A DNA stretch of 62,971 nucleotides, filler included, from Rhabdomonas costata (taxonomy: Eukaryota), in NCBI GenBank assembly GCA_019059605.1. It is 44 parts of 44 records of this genome, joined end to end, with 100 filler letters (N's around TTAATTAATTAA, not from the genome) between each part and the next. Parts side by side here need not be neighbours in the genome. Positions count along the whole stretch, not along the records: positions 35,849 to 37,181 come from JAHMHO010019089.1; positions 37,282 to 38,614 come from JAHMHO010019090.1; positions 38,715 to 40,047 come from JAHMHO010019091.1; positions 40,148 to 41,480 come from JAHMHO010019092.1; positions 41,581 to 42,913 come from JAHMHO010019093.1; positions 43,014 to 44,346 come from JAHMHO010019094.1; positions 44,447 to 45,778 come from JAHMHO010019095.1; positions 45,879 to 47,211 come from JAHMHO010019096.1; 36 more parts are not named here. The stretch is one strand, 5' to 3'. Within the stretch, counting starts at the first letter, position 1; every line of letters starts with the position of its first letter. The notes under the pieces were generated by a model. That model made no database searches. It worked only from the letters and a program-made list of their open reading frames with translations, and was not told where the DNA came from. Both the position numbers and the translations under genes were made by a program. Shown here piece after piece: positions 36,846-48,894 of the stretch.

Positions 36846-37281
36846 CTGTGAGAAAAAAGAAGCCCCTCGGAACCGACTGGAAAGCTCGGGAAAACGAAAA
36901 TGCAATGTCCAAAGCAAAGCGGGCAAACTGTGTGGGGGTGAGGGATGTCAGAGGACGTGGAAGGGTTCAGACAAGTCGCTGGGATGTGGTTGACCTTATT
37001 ATTCAGTGGCAGTGAGTGGCTGAAGGAGGGAATTCAGAGGAAGATGGGGGGTGACCCAAGGTTAGTGGTTCCTCAGGTTGAGCCTCAGTCAGAAGTATTT
37101 TCTTCCAGATGCTTCTCTACAGCTGTAAGCAGAAAAGAAACCCAACCACAGGTTTGTGGTACATCACCCAACCCAAACCCCNNNNNNNNNNNNNNNNNNN
37201 NNNNNNNNNNNNNNNNNNNNNNNNNTTAATTAATTAANNNNNNNNNNNNNNNNNNNNNNNNNNNNNNNNNNNNNNNNNNNN

Positions 37282-37946
37282 TGGGGGGCTCAGCGCAGCC
37301 TCCAGCTCTGCAGCCGAGGGGGCAGTGGTAGCCACAACGGAAGGCCCTATAAGCAATGTAACAGAGAGGTGCGGGCCTTCTTCCCGCGCTAGAATTTTGT
37401 CACTCGTGCGGGATGCACTCTTAATATGAATAGATGATTCAAAGTGAGGGAAGGCATATGCCTAGAAAAGAATAGTCGAACTCAGGAAGAAATTGTCAAA
37501 GTCGTATCAGAAGCAGGACTAGACAACCCAACAACGAAGACACATCGGCAGTGGCGGAGGTCTACATGAGAGGATAAGCCTTCAGGATAAGCCTTCAGGA
37601 AAAACAGGATACACACCTGAGGAGGAGGACGAGGAGCTGCTGCCGCTGCCGCCATGATCGTGCTGGGTTGTGTGCAGCCAGGCCTTGAGCTGGGCCCGCG
37701 CTGTGGGGTCAGTGAACCCCAGGACCTTCCCCAAAAGCTCCTCCAGGTCAGGTAGGGAGTACGGGCGGACCTCAGCCAGGGTCAACTGCCGCGCCTGGAG
37801 CCGCTGGTGGAGCTCACGCAGCAGAGCTTCCGCTGGGGCGGCCACAGACGTCGAGAACGAGGCCGATGCCGATGCTGATGACGAGGCCGAGGACGAAGAC
37901 GAACCCGTGGAAACACAACCTCCAGACTGCGGAGTGAGGTCTGCTC
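37282..37946 (-). CDS. Ser-rich protein with a SAM-like helical domain, two exons
   Basis: Exons 37946-37617 and 37346-37282 (phase 1/1): ...LLRELHQRLQARQLTLAEVRPYSLPDLEELLGKVLGFTDPTARAQLKAWL...|GPSVVATTAPSAAELEAALS. The SAM-like call is from pattern only. Confidence 0.6.
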
Positions 37947-38721
37947 CTGAGTTCCGGGGAATGAGAAGAAGAAGAAGAAGAAAGAAAGCGAGCAGGACAC
38001 CGACGGCATCAGAAGCAATGGGAGGGGAAGGGCATGAATATTAATTACTACTCCTGTTGCTCTATATGCGAACACGATAGAACTGGAAAAGGGTGGATCG
38101 GGGAGAGGAAAGAACCAAAGCAGAGACCACAAGGGGGGCGCACCGCACGCGTGCCCATTTTTCCCTGTACTGAAGGGCTTACCGGTTTCCATCGCGCGCA
38201 CCAGAATTTCGCAGAGTGCTTGACAAAGATCCCCTGTTTGCGCAGCGGGTGATCTCGTATATGTTGCTCCTCTAACACTGCCTTTCACTGAGGTGTTTCA
38301 TTAGCTCTTCGCTGCGTTTTCTGCCAAACGGAGTGGGCCACACATCCGTTGTACGTTGAAAATGCAGTAGAGCTCAACCCTTTTCTTTGATTATATCAGT
38401 CCGAGCGAATTACGCAGAGACAGCACACACCTTGAACTTGCGTTTCCTTCTCACTTTCCTGAGCTCCAGGATTCCTGGGCCACCAGTAACTTCTGCCATG
38501 AATAACCCAATTCAAAATTACCAACAAAACAGAAGGAGAAGTGCTAAAAAAGGAAATCTAACCGCTTCCCCGCCGCAGTAGGACTGCACTTGGGGGCCCC
38601 GTGAGCGGAGAAGANNNNNNNNNNNNNNNNNNNNNNNNNNNNNNNNNNNNNNNNNNNNTTAATTAATTAANNNNNNNNNNNNNNNNNNNNNNNNNNNNNN
38701 NNNNNNNNNNNNNNTTGTGTT

Positions 38722-38808
38722 GGTCCCTTCTTCACCCCTGCGTCTCTCTGCATTCCTGGGGCGCGGGGCCCCAGGAATGCAGAGAGACGCAGGGGTGAAG
38801 AAGGGACC
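38722..38808. repeat. Terminal hairpin (probable fold-back amplification artefact)
   Basis: 41-nt perfect arms 38722-38762 and 38768-38808 with a 5-nt loop, at the contig start. Confidence 0.9.
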
Positions 38809-41800
38809 GGCACCTTGCACAGAGCCCGGGGAGGTCCTCCACATTGTGGGGAGAAGCAATGAAACCTGCGTAAGCCTTCGGGTGAGGTGGGAGGGAGGGA
38901 GAAGCGTCGAGAAAGGTGCGGACGAGCAGAAAGCCACGCCCGCGCCCACGCTCGAGGGAGATAGGCAAAAGAAAAAGGGAAGCAGGTGGGAGAAAGAGAG
39001 GAAACACAGCGAAAAGAAAGACAGGCCGGGAAGAAAAGGTCAGCCTGAACGCAGCGCGAGGGGTACCTGACATTAAGCGGGGCGTGGAAACCGAGTGGTA
39101 GGATCGAACGGCAACCACCATAAAGGGGTTGCAAGGAAGCTCCTGCCACATCAGGTAGGTGTTGCATAGGTCTCACTCCTTGCAACCCATGGCGTAACCG
39201 AAAGGCATTACTTTTCCAATGAGCCACATGAGGGAGTGAAAGGGCACAGAAGGAAATGTGGAACGGCAAAGGCAACGCGAATACAGGGGTCAACTCACTG
39301 CGGGGTCTGCACGCGTAGCGCGGGGACAGCGATGTACCCCTTTTTTGAATTGGCTCCGTCACGGGTGGACCGAGTGCGGATCACCTGTAACGGGATATGG
39401 GGAAGTATATTGCGGCATACGGCCGACGTACACCGGTGTGATGATGGGTTTTGGACATCCGGAAACACGGGGGCAGGGGGTGAAGCCCGCTCTACTGCAC
39501 TTGGACAGTTAACTACCTCAGGCGACACCCCAAAACAACACACTTTCCCAGGATTCCCGTCACGGTTTCTTGGAATGAGGCCAAAGACGTACACAGCACA
39601 ATGTAAGGTTCCGAGTGATTTATGGGAAAATTGTTGTTGTTGTTCTTGGGGGGGGGGTAACCTTTAACACTGCTAAACGTTTTTAGCTTACCCGGATTTT
39701 TGCGTTCAATCGTAGCTGGGCTTTGGCAGACCCGCCCGTCCGCGGTAGATGGGTTGGGACGTTCCATGTGGGACTACACTTTGTCTAAGTTAAGCAGTGC
39801 TAACCGACCGAACCCGTCACTATTTTGGCGACATTATTTTTAGGGCACGGCGTTTAGGTATTACTGCCTTTAAACGCATTTATTCAAAGCGAAATGGGGA
39901 CATGTATGCTGGTTTTGCGCCTCTTAGACGGATATATAGTGGCCCTCAAGTTCGTGGGGTTAGAAAATCTATGCACGCTTCTGCAGTGCTAAACGCTAAC
40001 TGCCCCCCCCCCCTCGCCTGCACCTCCACGCCGTGCTCACCACCAACNNNNNNNNNNNNNNNNNNNNNNNNNNNNNNNNNNNNNNNNNNNNTTAATTAAT
40101 TAANNNNNNNNNNNNNNNNNNNNNNNNNNNNNNNNNNNNNNNNNNNNGTTTTTTTGTGCTCTCAGGATGGAATGCCTTTTGCTGGGATTCATTTCGGAGG
40201 AGTGCACCATTTGGTGTGCTCGTGTGCGGGGGAAGCTTGTTCAGGGGATTTTGCTGTATTTTTCTGTTCAGTGTGCAGCTTCATTTTTGCGGCGCGAGTC
40301 GGTCGCGTCCTGCTGCTTCGTTGTACGGGTATTGGAATCAGACGGATCGAACACATGTTTGGATGTGCCTTTGAGCTGTTCTGACACTTAGGAATGCGAT
40401 TCTTGGAGAAGCGATGAACTCGATCATCTCAGTTGAAGAAGCAGTTCGGCCATTTCTGGTCGAAGAGGAACACCAAGCACGGTTCTGTTATGTATTTTCA
40501 AGCATATTTCCTAGTGCGCTGTTGCAAAGGAATGGGGTCCTACCTGTTTGAAGCGTTTCGACGTTTAAGTCTTGCCCGCTATGTCTTCTATGCAAATGTA
40601 GTTCTCAAAGAGATGTTCTCGAGATGGGTCGTATTAGTCTATTCCACTACAGTTCTACTATTTTTTTTGCTTAAATTAATCGGTCTACACCTTGAAAGAA
40701 AAGACATCGGAAAGATGAGGGTTGAGCCTCATATCTGAGTTCTAGATCTTGTATTTCTTTTTTTGTGGATTCCGCTGGTGGCGGGTGCTGAGGGCCTTTT
40801 TTTTTGCGCTTACCATTCCACTTCGCTACTCTTTTTCTCATGTGTTGAACAGTTTCGAACAACAAATCCTGGTCGAAGGCACGATGCGAGGTTTGCTGGT
40901 CCAGGAGGAATCCGAAGCACGGTCTGTTTTCTTGTTCTCCCGTGGCCTGTGTGAATAGTGGATGGACACGCGCTCAACGAGACTGTGCACTATGCTCAAC
41001 ATTTTGCTGGCATTGTGTTTTAGGATGTCGATTCTGGTCCCCGCAATTGGACCTCCCGAGCTCGCGATCCGAGATTTTATTCGCTGCGAGGAATCGACAA
41101 CTCGGTTTGCCTGTTTGTTATATAAATTCCTTCCCTTGCAGTGGCAAACGCCAAAAATATTGCCTCTTCTTTTTTGAATCAGGATCTCAATGGTACAATG
41201 GGCTGAGCACACGGCCCGTTGCTTGCTGGCTGAAGAGGAGGCCGCCAAACAGTGTGTCTGATGAGTTTGTTTTGATTTCGATGCGATGGTTGGTTGTAGC
41301 TTTGAAAAGGAGGAATTCGGAAGGAAAATTTCAAACGTAAATGGCTACGCAGATTTCGGAAAATTTCCGGTCGCCTTCAGGCGCGGCCAACTCTTGTTCC
41401 AATTCGTCAAAGTGATAAGACCTTCCCTCTTGCTTCCTGTTCTTTGGCCGCGGTCGGAGTTGCGGAAGCACTGAAACCAANNNNNNNNNNNNNNNNNNNN
41501 NNNNNNNNNNNNNNNNNNNNNNNNTTAATTAATTAANNNNNNNNNNNNNNNNNNNNNNNNNNNNNNNNNNNNNNNNNNNNGGGTGGGGGGGGCATTAAAC
41601 ACCGTTATACGGTCATAAGGCGGTGTATGAAAAACGATTCTTTGGCAATCCGTTGTCTCTCACGTTGGCCAGTAATGGTGGTAGGAACTTACTTGGTTCA
41701 AGTATTCCTTGCTGTGTCTTTGCCAACAAAAAGGATTGGATTAGTTTAGGGGCGGAAGCCAGCCCGCGGACCTTGTTGTGGTGCTACACCCTCCTCTTGT

Positions 41801-43019
41801 TTCCTGTTTGCGCCTTTTCTTGATAACGACGTGCAACAGTGGCCGGCTAAGGCTGCCTGAGGGTAGAATTCGTGGCTCCGTGGAATTGAGCCTGGCCCCG
41901 TGTCCCGTCCTTCGTCCTCGTCGTATACCGCCGTTGTAATGTTTAACGTCCCCAACAGACCGGACCAAGCGGGAAGCGGAAGCACGCGCCGCTCGCGAGC
42001 GTCGCCCCCACGATTTTAAGCCCGACTGGAAGTGCAAAGTGCTTTTAAAAGCGTCCACGACGCAAAGGCGGCCGAGAGAAAGTCAGACCGACACGGAGCT
42101 GTCCGCCTGTGGGGATGCCTGGGGGCTCTTCGCAGAGTCCCTGAGACAAAAGATGAGGGAGTACAACAAAGCTTGAGGTGAGCTGAGGTGCCAAGAACAG
42201 CATACGAGCACAAAGCGGGCTGTGCAAAACAATTAGACCTCAAGAAGAGATATTACACACTCTCTGATGAGCGTACTGAATTACATTCCGTGAGCAAAGC
42301 TCTGAATGAAGACGTGGGGTCCTAGCCGAATTACAAATTACAGGCCAGAAGGGCAGATGGTCGGAACAACGCGTGCCATTTACAGTTGGAGAGCAAAATT
42401 TGCAACCACCCAACCCAAACATTAAACAATGCGATGCATAAAATTCAAAAATGCAATTGCTGATCGAAGGTAAAGACCAGAGGGTCCGTTTCACCATTGC
42501 CGTGGCGGGACAGGACAGGACAGGCATTGAGCCGAAAGAAATTAGCGATTAGGAGATGATGTTGTTAATAGCCCGGCCACCACATGCTACCTCTGCAAAT
42601 CCCACTGAAACAAAGGACCCTGCATTCATACTCACACCTGATTGCCAAGGGAAGTTCAAAAGGTGGAGTGAAGTCTTGTATGAGCTGAAAATCAAAGCGT
42701 ATCAAGCTGTAAACTGATGGATCAACAAAGTGCAGTGAAACTGACGACACTCCCCATCCCAATCCCCATTTGCCCCTCTCCCATCACGCCACGGAACACC
42801 GGAACTGCATGAACCACCCATGAACTGAACACACAAGAAGGGCAGGAAATATATATTCACTGACACGATGGTCTCCGATAAAGCAAACGCGAACAGACAG
42901 CCACCCACAACAANNNNNNNNNNNNNNNNNNNNNNNNNNNNNNNNNNNNNNNNNNNNTTAATTAATTAANNNNNNNNNNNNNNNNNNNNNNNNNNNNNNN
43001 NNNNNNNNNNNNNGTTGTT

Positions 43020-43440
43020 GGTTATTGTAGGCTGCGTTTGCCATAGAGCCCTGCGCGCGCTTCCTGCCTCTCGAATGCGTCTTTTGAGTTGACCAGACAA
43101 ACGTACAGAACGTTGGCTGAACTGGTCCTTCTTCAGGTGTTCCCAGCCTGGTATTGTGAGGTCCGGTGACCTCGGAGGCCAGCACATCTCGTCCTCAAAA
43201 GTTCGCCTTTCCTAGAAAGGTCATGCATAAGAAGTACAATATGGCCCCCATTCTGCTGAAACCAGACGTTGGATAGGGGGTACTTCTTGTTCTTCTGCGC
43301 TAGGAACCACGTGGTCCCGAATTAGGGCCAGCGCGCCGATGAGGGTTGCGAGGCGCGCTCCCTTGGTAATGAAAAAGCAACATATAGTATCCTTGGCTCC
43401 AACTCCATACCACACAGAAATAAGTAAGCAGCAGCTGGAT
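43020..43440 (-). mobile_element. Degenerate Tc1/mariner transposase fragment (DDE/D domain)
   Basis: Frameshifted pieces in the expected order: SVWYGVGAKDTICCFFITKG..LIRDHVVP / NVWFQQNGG (cf. WFQQDGA) / WPPRSPDLT..WEHLK..QLKRRIREA. Confidence 0.8.
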
Positions 43441-43758
43441 CTATTGTGCAGCAAAACTTACAGGTCCCGCAGCGTACCAACGTGGACCTCACAGTAAAGC
43501 CTCTCCACCTGATTTTCGCCCCTCCTTCTTCCGTCCCTGCCTCCCACCCTGGTTTCTTGTCGGTCGGTTATTTCTGACGAATAAAATTTTCAGTTTGGAA
43601 CTGTACATAGTGCCCCTTGTTTTATTTCTTCGTTCGCACTGGTTTACCGTTCTTTCAAGCCACTCTTTCACCGGGAATCCCGGGAATTTGGGTAAAATAC
43701 ACATCGGTAGTGGGAGGGAAAAAGGCAAAGCCAAGCCTCCTCAACGTTCCCCGCGCAG

Positions 43759-44335
43759 GGATCCAGAACATGCACTCCGTGATGTCTGTGGTGGCGACGG
43801 AGCGGGCGGTGTTCTACCGCGAGAGGGCGTCTCGGATGTACTCCTCGCTGAGCTACGGGCTTGTGCTTTGGGCGGTGGAGTTGCCGTACTTAGTGCTCAC
43901 CAGCATCTTCTTCGTAGTGGTCTTCTACTGGATGGTGTGTGTGTGTGTGTGTGTTCCTGGTGTGTACGTAGCTGGCGTCTATGTGACTTACGAAAGCCGG
44001 CGTGAGCTTTGCATTGCCTCCACCACGCCCTCTGCCGGACGCCTTGAACCTACGCCACAAGAGAAAACACCATCCGGTATTCAAGCTGCACCACCACTAC
44101 ATTACTATTTCAATCCCCCCAATCCCCCCATTCATTCCTGCGAACAACCTCAGGTGGGCCTGCGCCACAGCGCGGATATGTTTCTGTTCTGGTGGCTGAT
44201 CTTCTTCCTCTCCACGGGCCTGGACACGTATGTCGGAGTGATGCTCACGGTGCTGTTGCCCTCGGAGCAGACCGCGCACGTCTTCGGCAGCGTGTATAGC
44301 CTCGCCACAAACATGTTCTGCGGGTTCATGGTGCC
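43759..44335 (+). CDS. ABC transporter G family (PDR-like), transmembrane-domain exons
   Basis: Exons 43759-43934 and 44154-end: GIQNMHSVMSVVATERAVFYRERASRMYSSLSY..VELPYL..VFYWM|VGLRHSADMFLFWWLIFFL..LLPSEQTAHVFG..NMFCGFMVP. Confidence 0.93.
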
Positions 44336-44701
44336 AACACACAACCNNNNNNNNNNNNNNNNNNNNNNNNNNNNNNNNNNNNNNNNNNNNTTAATTAATT
44401 AANNNNNNNNNNNNNNNNNNNNNNNNNNNNNNNNNNNNNNNNNNNNTGTGTTGTGGCCTGAGATATGGCGCAATTATGATTTTGGTGGAACTTCGGCACA
44501 GGGCGATTCAAGTGTCTTCGAAGAAGACTTAGATGGAAGTTAGGGGTTAGAGCGCGGTGCACTCGTTTAGCGGCGTTAGTTACTTCCAGGATGTCTTGAG
44601 CCACGGAGCGGCGCAAGTTCCAAGGTCTGCCAAAGGCGATTATCAATCGCAGTTGTGACTAATATTTCGCTAGTGAACTGACTGGATTTCCTACCCCACA
44701 G

Positions 44702-45461
44702 GTGGCTTCGTTTGCAATGTCGGACCACTGCACCACCTGTGGGTGGGATGGCCACCAGCGACGGCTACTGGTGGGCAGCGCGACGGGCCAGTTCCACACC
44801 ATGAACTATCTCAACGGCCAACCGCTGAAGATCTTCGAGCAGATGGAAGACCCTCCAGGAGAGATTTGTGCGATGGGTTACGCCTCAGTCTCCCTGCGCG
44901 AGCTGCAGGGGGATCGTGATCTGCGGTACTTTTACGCAGCCTCAGGTGTGGATATGAACTGTGAGGTGGACCTGGGATGGTGTTGTTCTCGTTCAACATC
45001 TCATGAGTCCTTGCCCACCCCCCCTCAATTTCACAATATGGTTGTGTTGTCGAAACAAGAGCTTGCATTCAAACCGTATCCCGCTCTTATCGTGTCGGAC
45101 TGCGTGCTTGTGGAAGGGAACGAACCTTGGCTTCGCAGAGCACCCCTCTTGCAGCCACAGATACAGTTTTCGGTTTTGTATTGGCACAGGGAACCGCATT
45201 GGGGTGTGGGCGGACTCCGAGAGCTTCCACGAGAAGCGTCACTGCGAGATCAGCATGGGTTCAGAGCTGGCCTCCGTGATGCTCCCCTGTCCCCCCTCCC
45301 ACCTCGCCGTGGGCACCCACACCGGGTCGATTCGAATGTACCATGTCAGTAGCAACAAGTGCACCACGCAATTCAGGCTGCGGCCCAAGGCCCTCGCGCA
45401 GTTCTCCCCGCGCAGCAGCGTTGCCCGCAGGATGACCTCCGTGAAGTACGAGGGCGGAGAG
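44702..45461 (+). CDS. WD40-repeat protein (WDR49/EFCAB8-like), two exons
   Basis: Exons 44702-44945 and 45190-45461: CTTCGWDGHQRRLLVGSATGQFHTMNYLNGQPLKIF..EICAM..|GNRIGVW..HLAVGTHTGSIRMYHVSSNKC. Confidence 0.75.
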
Positions 45462-45658
45462 GTATGTCAACAAAGTAATTGCGTGCTCGTGACTCAGTTC
45501 AAGACAACCATGTCAACACCCACACGTTCTCTATCCCTCCTTTACCCCGTTATTGTCCAGCTCTCCTCAGATTGGCCATGACTACCAACCTTTCACCCCA
45601 CTGGGGAGTGTCCGACTGCACGACAGACATTCTCATTCTCCAGTTCAGTTCGTTGTGA

Positions 45659-45770
45659 TGGATTCGAGGATATGACCTGATAGACCAATGTGATCGGTCA
45701 GAAGCCGTGCACTTCTGCCACTGGCTTCTGACCGATCACATTGGTCTATCAGGTCATATCCTCGAATCCA
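45659..45770. repeat. Terminal inverted repeat (probable fold-back amplification artefact)
   Basis: 48-nt perfect arms 45659-45706 and 45723-45770 at the contig end. Confidence 0.9.
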
Positions 45771-45878
45771 CCACAACANNNNNNNNNNNNNNNNNNNNNN
45801 NNNNNNNNNNNNNNNNNNNNNNTTAATTAATTAANNNNNNNNNNNNNNNNNNNNNNNNNNNNNNNNNNNNNNNNNNNN

Positions 45879-47088
45879 CAGTGGGTCCCCGGGTTTGTGG
45901 GGATGCAGGCCCTTACCAGGCCTGACGGGTGGCCCAAAGGTGTGCCAAGGCCGCACTTCTTCCCCGAAAGAGCAATTGAATGGACGTCTGCTGGCATTCT
46001 CACGCCCATAGGTGACTGATAGAATTTCCCGGTGCATTTTGAGTTTCGGGCGGTGCCTGTTCTCGCTGCAGTAGTGGTCCAAACATCCGAACTCTGAAGC
46101 AGACGGGACATGCCTCAGAATAGTCACTGCGGAGTTCCGCGTTAATTTTCGGTTGTTTTTCGCACATCGCATTTCTCGCAGGTGTGGCCACCGCGGACTT
46201 CCAGACTCCTGAGGCAGCGCAGGCTGCCGTCGCTGTGATGAACAACCTGGAGATCCGCCCTGGGGTGGTGGTGCGAGTGTCCTGCATGGGCCCAAAGCCA
46301 ACCGGCCCGGGTTCCCTCGTGGAGCCTGTCATGGCGGCCCTTGTCAGAAACGCACTGAGCAGCGTATGCGGCCCCGGTCCTCTCCCTCTCCCTCTCAAAT
46401 TCCCTATGCGTACACATTCGAAGTCAGCTTTTGCCTCCACTTCTGAGAATACCCTTTTCCTTGCTGTACACTTTGTCGCAACGCCATTGCTCACGAGTGA
46501 ATTTCACAACAGGCGCCTCAACTGCGAGTCCTCCCAATGTGTCAGTTTGCTGGCTGTACTCCTCTTTCTCACGGTTGCGACTGCCATTTGGATCAATTGG
46601 CTCAACTTGCCTTCGGTTATAGCTGTGCCCGCGTGCCGCACTTCTCCCTGCAAAAGGTACCGTCGATGATGGAAGCTGCGGGATTCGATACAATTGGCAA
46701 TTTGGGCTGTTGTTGTTTCCTGCGTGTGATTCCGTGTATAAGCATCTGCACGGGTGTGCTGATACACAGTACCTCGCTGGTGGGTTAGGATTAAATTTCC
46801 AAACTGCCAGTATCCTAACGGTTCAAAGCTTTTTCTTTGCACATGTGCTCGTGCTGCAAAACGTTTTGGAAATGAAACTCCTTCTCTCAAAAATAAAGGT
46901 GCTGTCCTCCGCGGGCACCGCGGTGGCCACTGCTCCGCCCACGGTTCCAGCTGCAGCTCCATCCGCGTTGAAGGCTGTGACCTCTCACGTTCCAGTTGCC
47001 TCCCACCTTCCCTTCCGAAGAATCCCTGTGAGTGACCAGCCACCTGCAGACCTAATCCCCACCGCGGATTCGCCGTGGGGGGCTCATG
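45879..47088 (+). CDS. RRM-domain RNA-binding protein, three exons
   Basis: Exons 45879-45939, 46182-46363, 46899-47088: ..TRPDGWPKG|VATADFQTPEAAQAAVAVMNNLEIRPGVVVRVS; RNP1-like KGVATADF followed by the AAxAA..MNN helix. Confidence 0.78.
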
Positions 47089-48776
47089 GTACTGTTCTGT
47101 GCCCCTGCTGCCACGCTTCCTGCTCTGCTTCTGCGTGTGTTTACCTCTGGTGCAATCCCGTGATTGGCTACTTCCCTAAGGTTGTTTCGGTTTGACGAGT
47201 TTTTTTCATTCNNNNNNNNNNNNNNNNNNNNNNNNNNNNNNNNNNNNNNNNNNNNTTAATTAATTAANNNNNNNNNNNNNNNNNNNNNNNNNNNNNNNNN
47301 NNNNNNNNNNNGGGGTTTTGGGTATTTTGCCAATACTACTTTGACGTTCTCTTTGTCATCGCACATCATTCTTTGCTTATAAATATTCACAAGTCAGTCA
47401 GCTATGACCGTTTAGTGGGCATAACCGACTACTACCACAATTTCTAAACGTCGGCACGGGGTTGGGTTCAGCTTCCGTTTGTGTCTGGGCCTTCACGATT
47501 GCCAAGAGGAAATTATCCAAAATAGATCCAACAGAGAGAGGAAAGACTGTACAAGGTCGTGTTGGCATTTATCTCGGCTACAGAATTGGCTGCGTCAGTG
47601 GCCACAACTAGGGTTGGTCTGAGATTGACTTCAGAGCATCGGCTGTGGAAGTTCAACGGCTTCCTCCTCGACCTCGACGTCCTCTGTATCCTATTCTCCA
47701 TATGCCATATGGTCTTTTGGTATATTAGCATCTTCTTCAACCGAAATCCGGTGAAACATCAGATGCGGATGTGATGAGTTTTCACTAAATTCTGGATTTC
47801 CTATGAGTGTTTGTCTGTGTTTCTGTGCTTATGAAGTAGATTTAATGTTGATTGGCCAGTTGGATTGTCCAGAAATAGAGGTTATTATATCATGCGGTTA
47901 GGTGTGGATCATGGTAGAATCTGGTGTTGGGTAGGATCTGGGAACAAACCTGATTCGTCGGCAGATGTTGAAGGAACTGGAGCAGAATATGAATATGGCT
48001 CTGGTTAATAACCTGTTGAGCGTGTGACTGGTGATATTGGAATAGGTGTATTTGTCTCGCTGTACTTTCGGTGAATATCCACAGTTTGTGTCAAATCTCT
48101 GGTGCCTGATGTGATTACAAACCTGGTTTACCACATTTATTATAGCCTCACTCTACCTTTGTCATCAATGCAGCAAGGTCAAGTGTACCACTCAAAAGAC
48201 TTTTCTTAGCGTTAGGCCACTCCGGTAATACAAAAATCATCCGCAAGGGCTCTATGAATACTCGGTGAACAACTCGATAGATGAGGGACAAGAGGAGATA
48301 TGTAGTTGAAATCAATCACGCCACTTATCTGGTCTAGTTGACGAGCCATAAAGAACTAAGCAGTTTGTATGTGCACGGATCTGCAAACGAGTGGGTTGAA
48401 AATCTAGTGCAATGCAGGCAATCCGAAAAACTAAATCATGCCATTCAACGTTTTTGGCGTCAAAATATGGAGTAATGTGAATGAAGACAAAGGGAATCCC
48501 TTCTCATCTGAGCTTTATTGATGTAAAATCTTGTCCGGGTGGTGAGATTCTTGGAATACGCGGGTATGATTGGTAACCTCACAACCTGGTACCGTTTTCT
48601 TCTCATCTTTGTCGGTGTTCACCTCGCTGTATCAGTCAAATGAGNNNNNNNNNNNNNNNNNNNNNNNNNNNNNNNNNNNNNNNNNNNNTTAATTAATTAA
48701 NNNNNNNNNNNNNNNNNNNNNNNNNNNNNNNNNNNNNNNNNNNNGGTGTTTGTGTTTTGCACTGAGGGAAGGCACC

Positions 48777-48894
48777 TCGCAGTGTTAGGAGAGGTCGTGT
48801 GGTAGGTCACCAGAAAGGTCTGCTGCGGAAGCTCCGTCACCCCCTCGACACGAGTCAGCGCAAGCTCGGCACAGTCCTTCGACACCCCAAAACT
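48777..48894 (-). CDS. Isolated exon of a hypothetical protein
   Basis: CCCCCGCAG acceptor and GTGCCT donor; FGVSKDCAELALTRVEGVTELPQQTFLVTYHTTSPNTAR. Confidence 0.4.
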
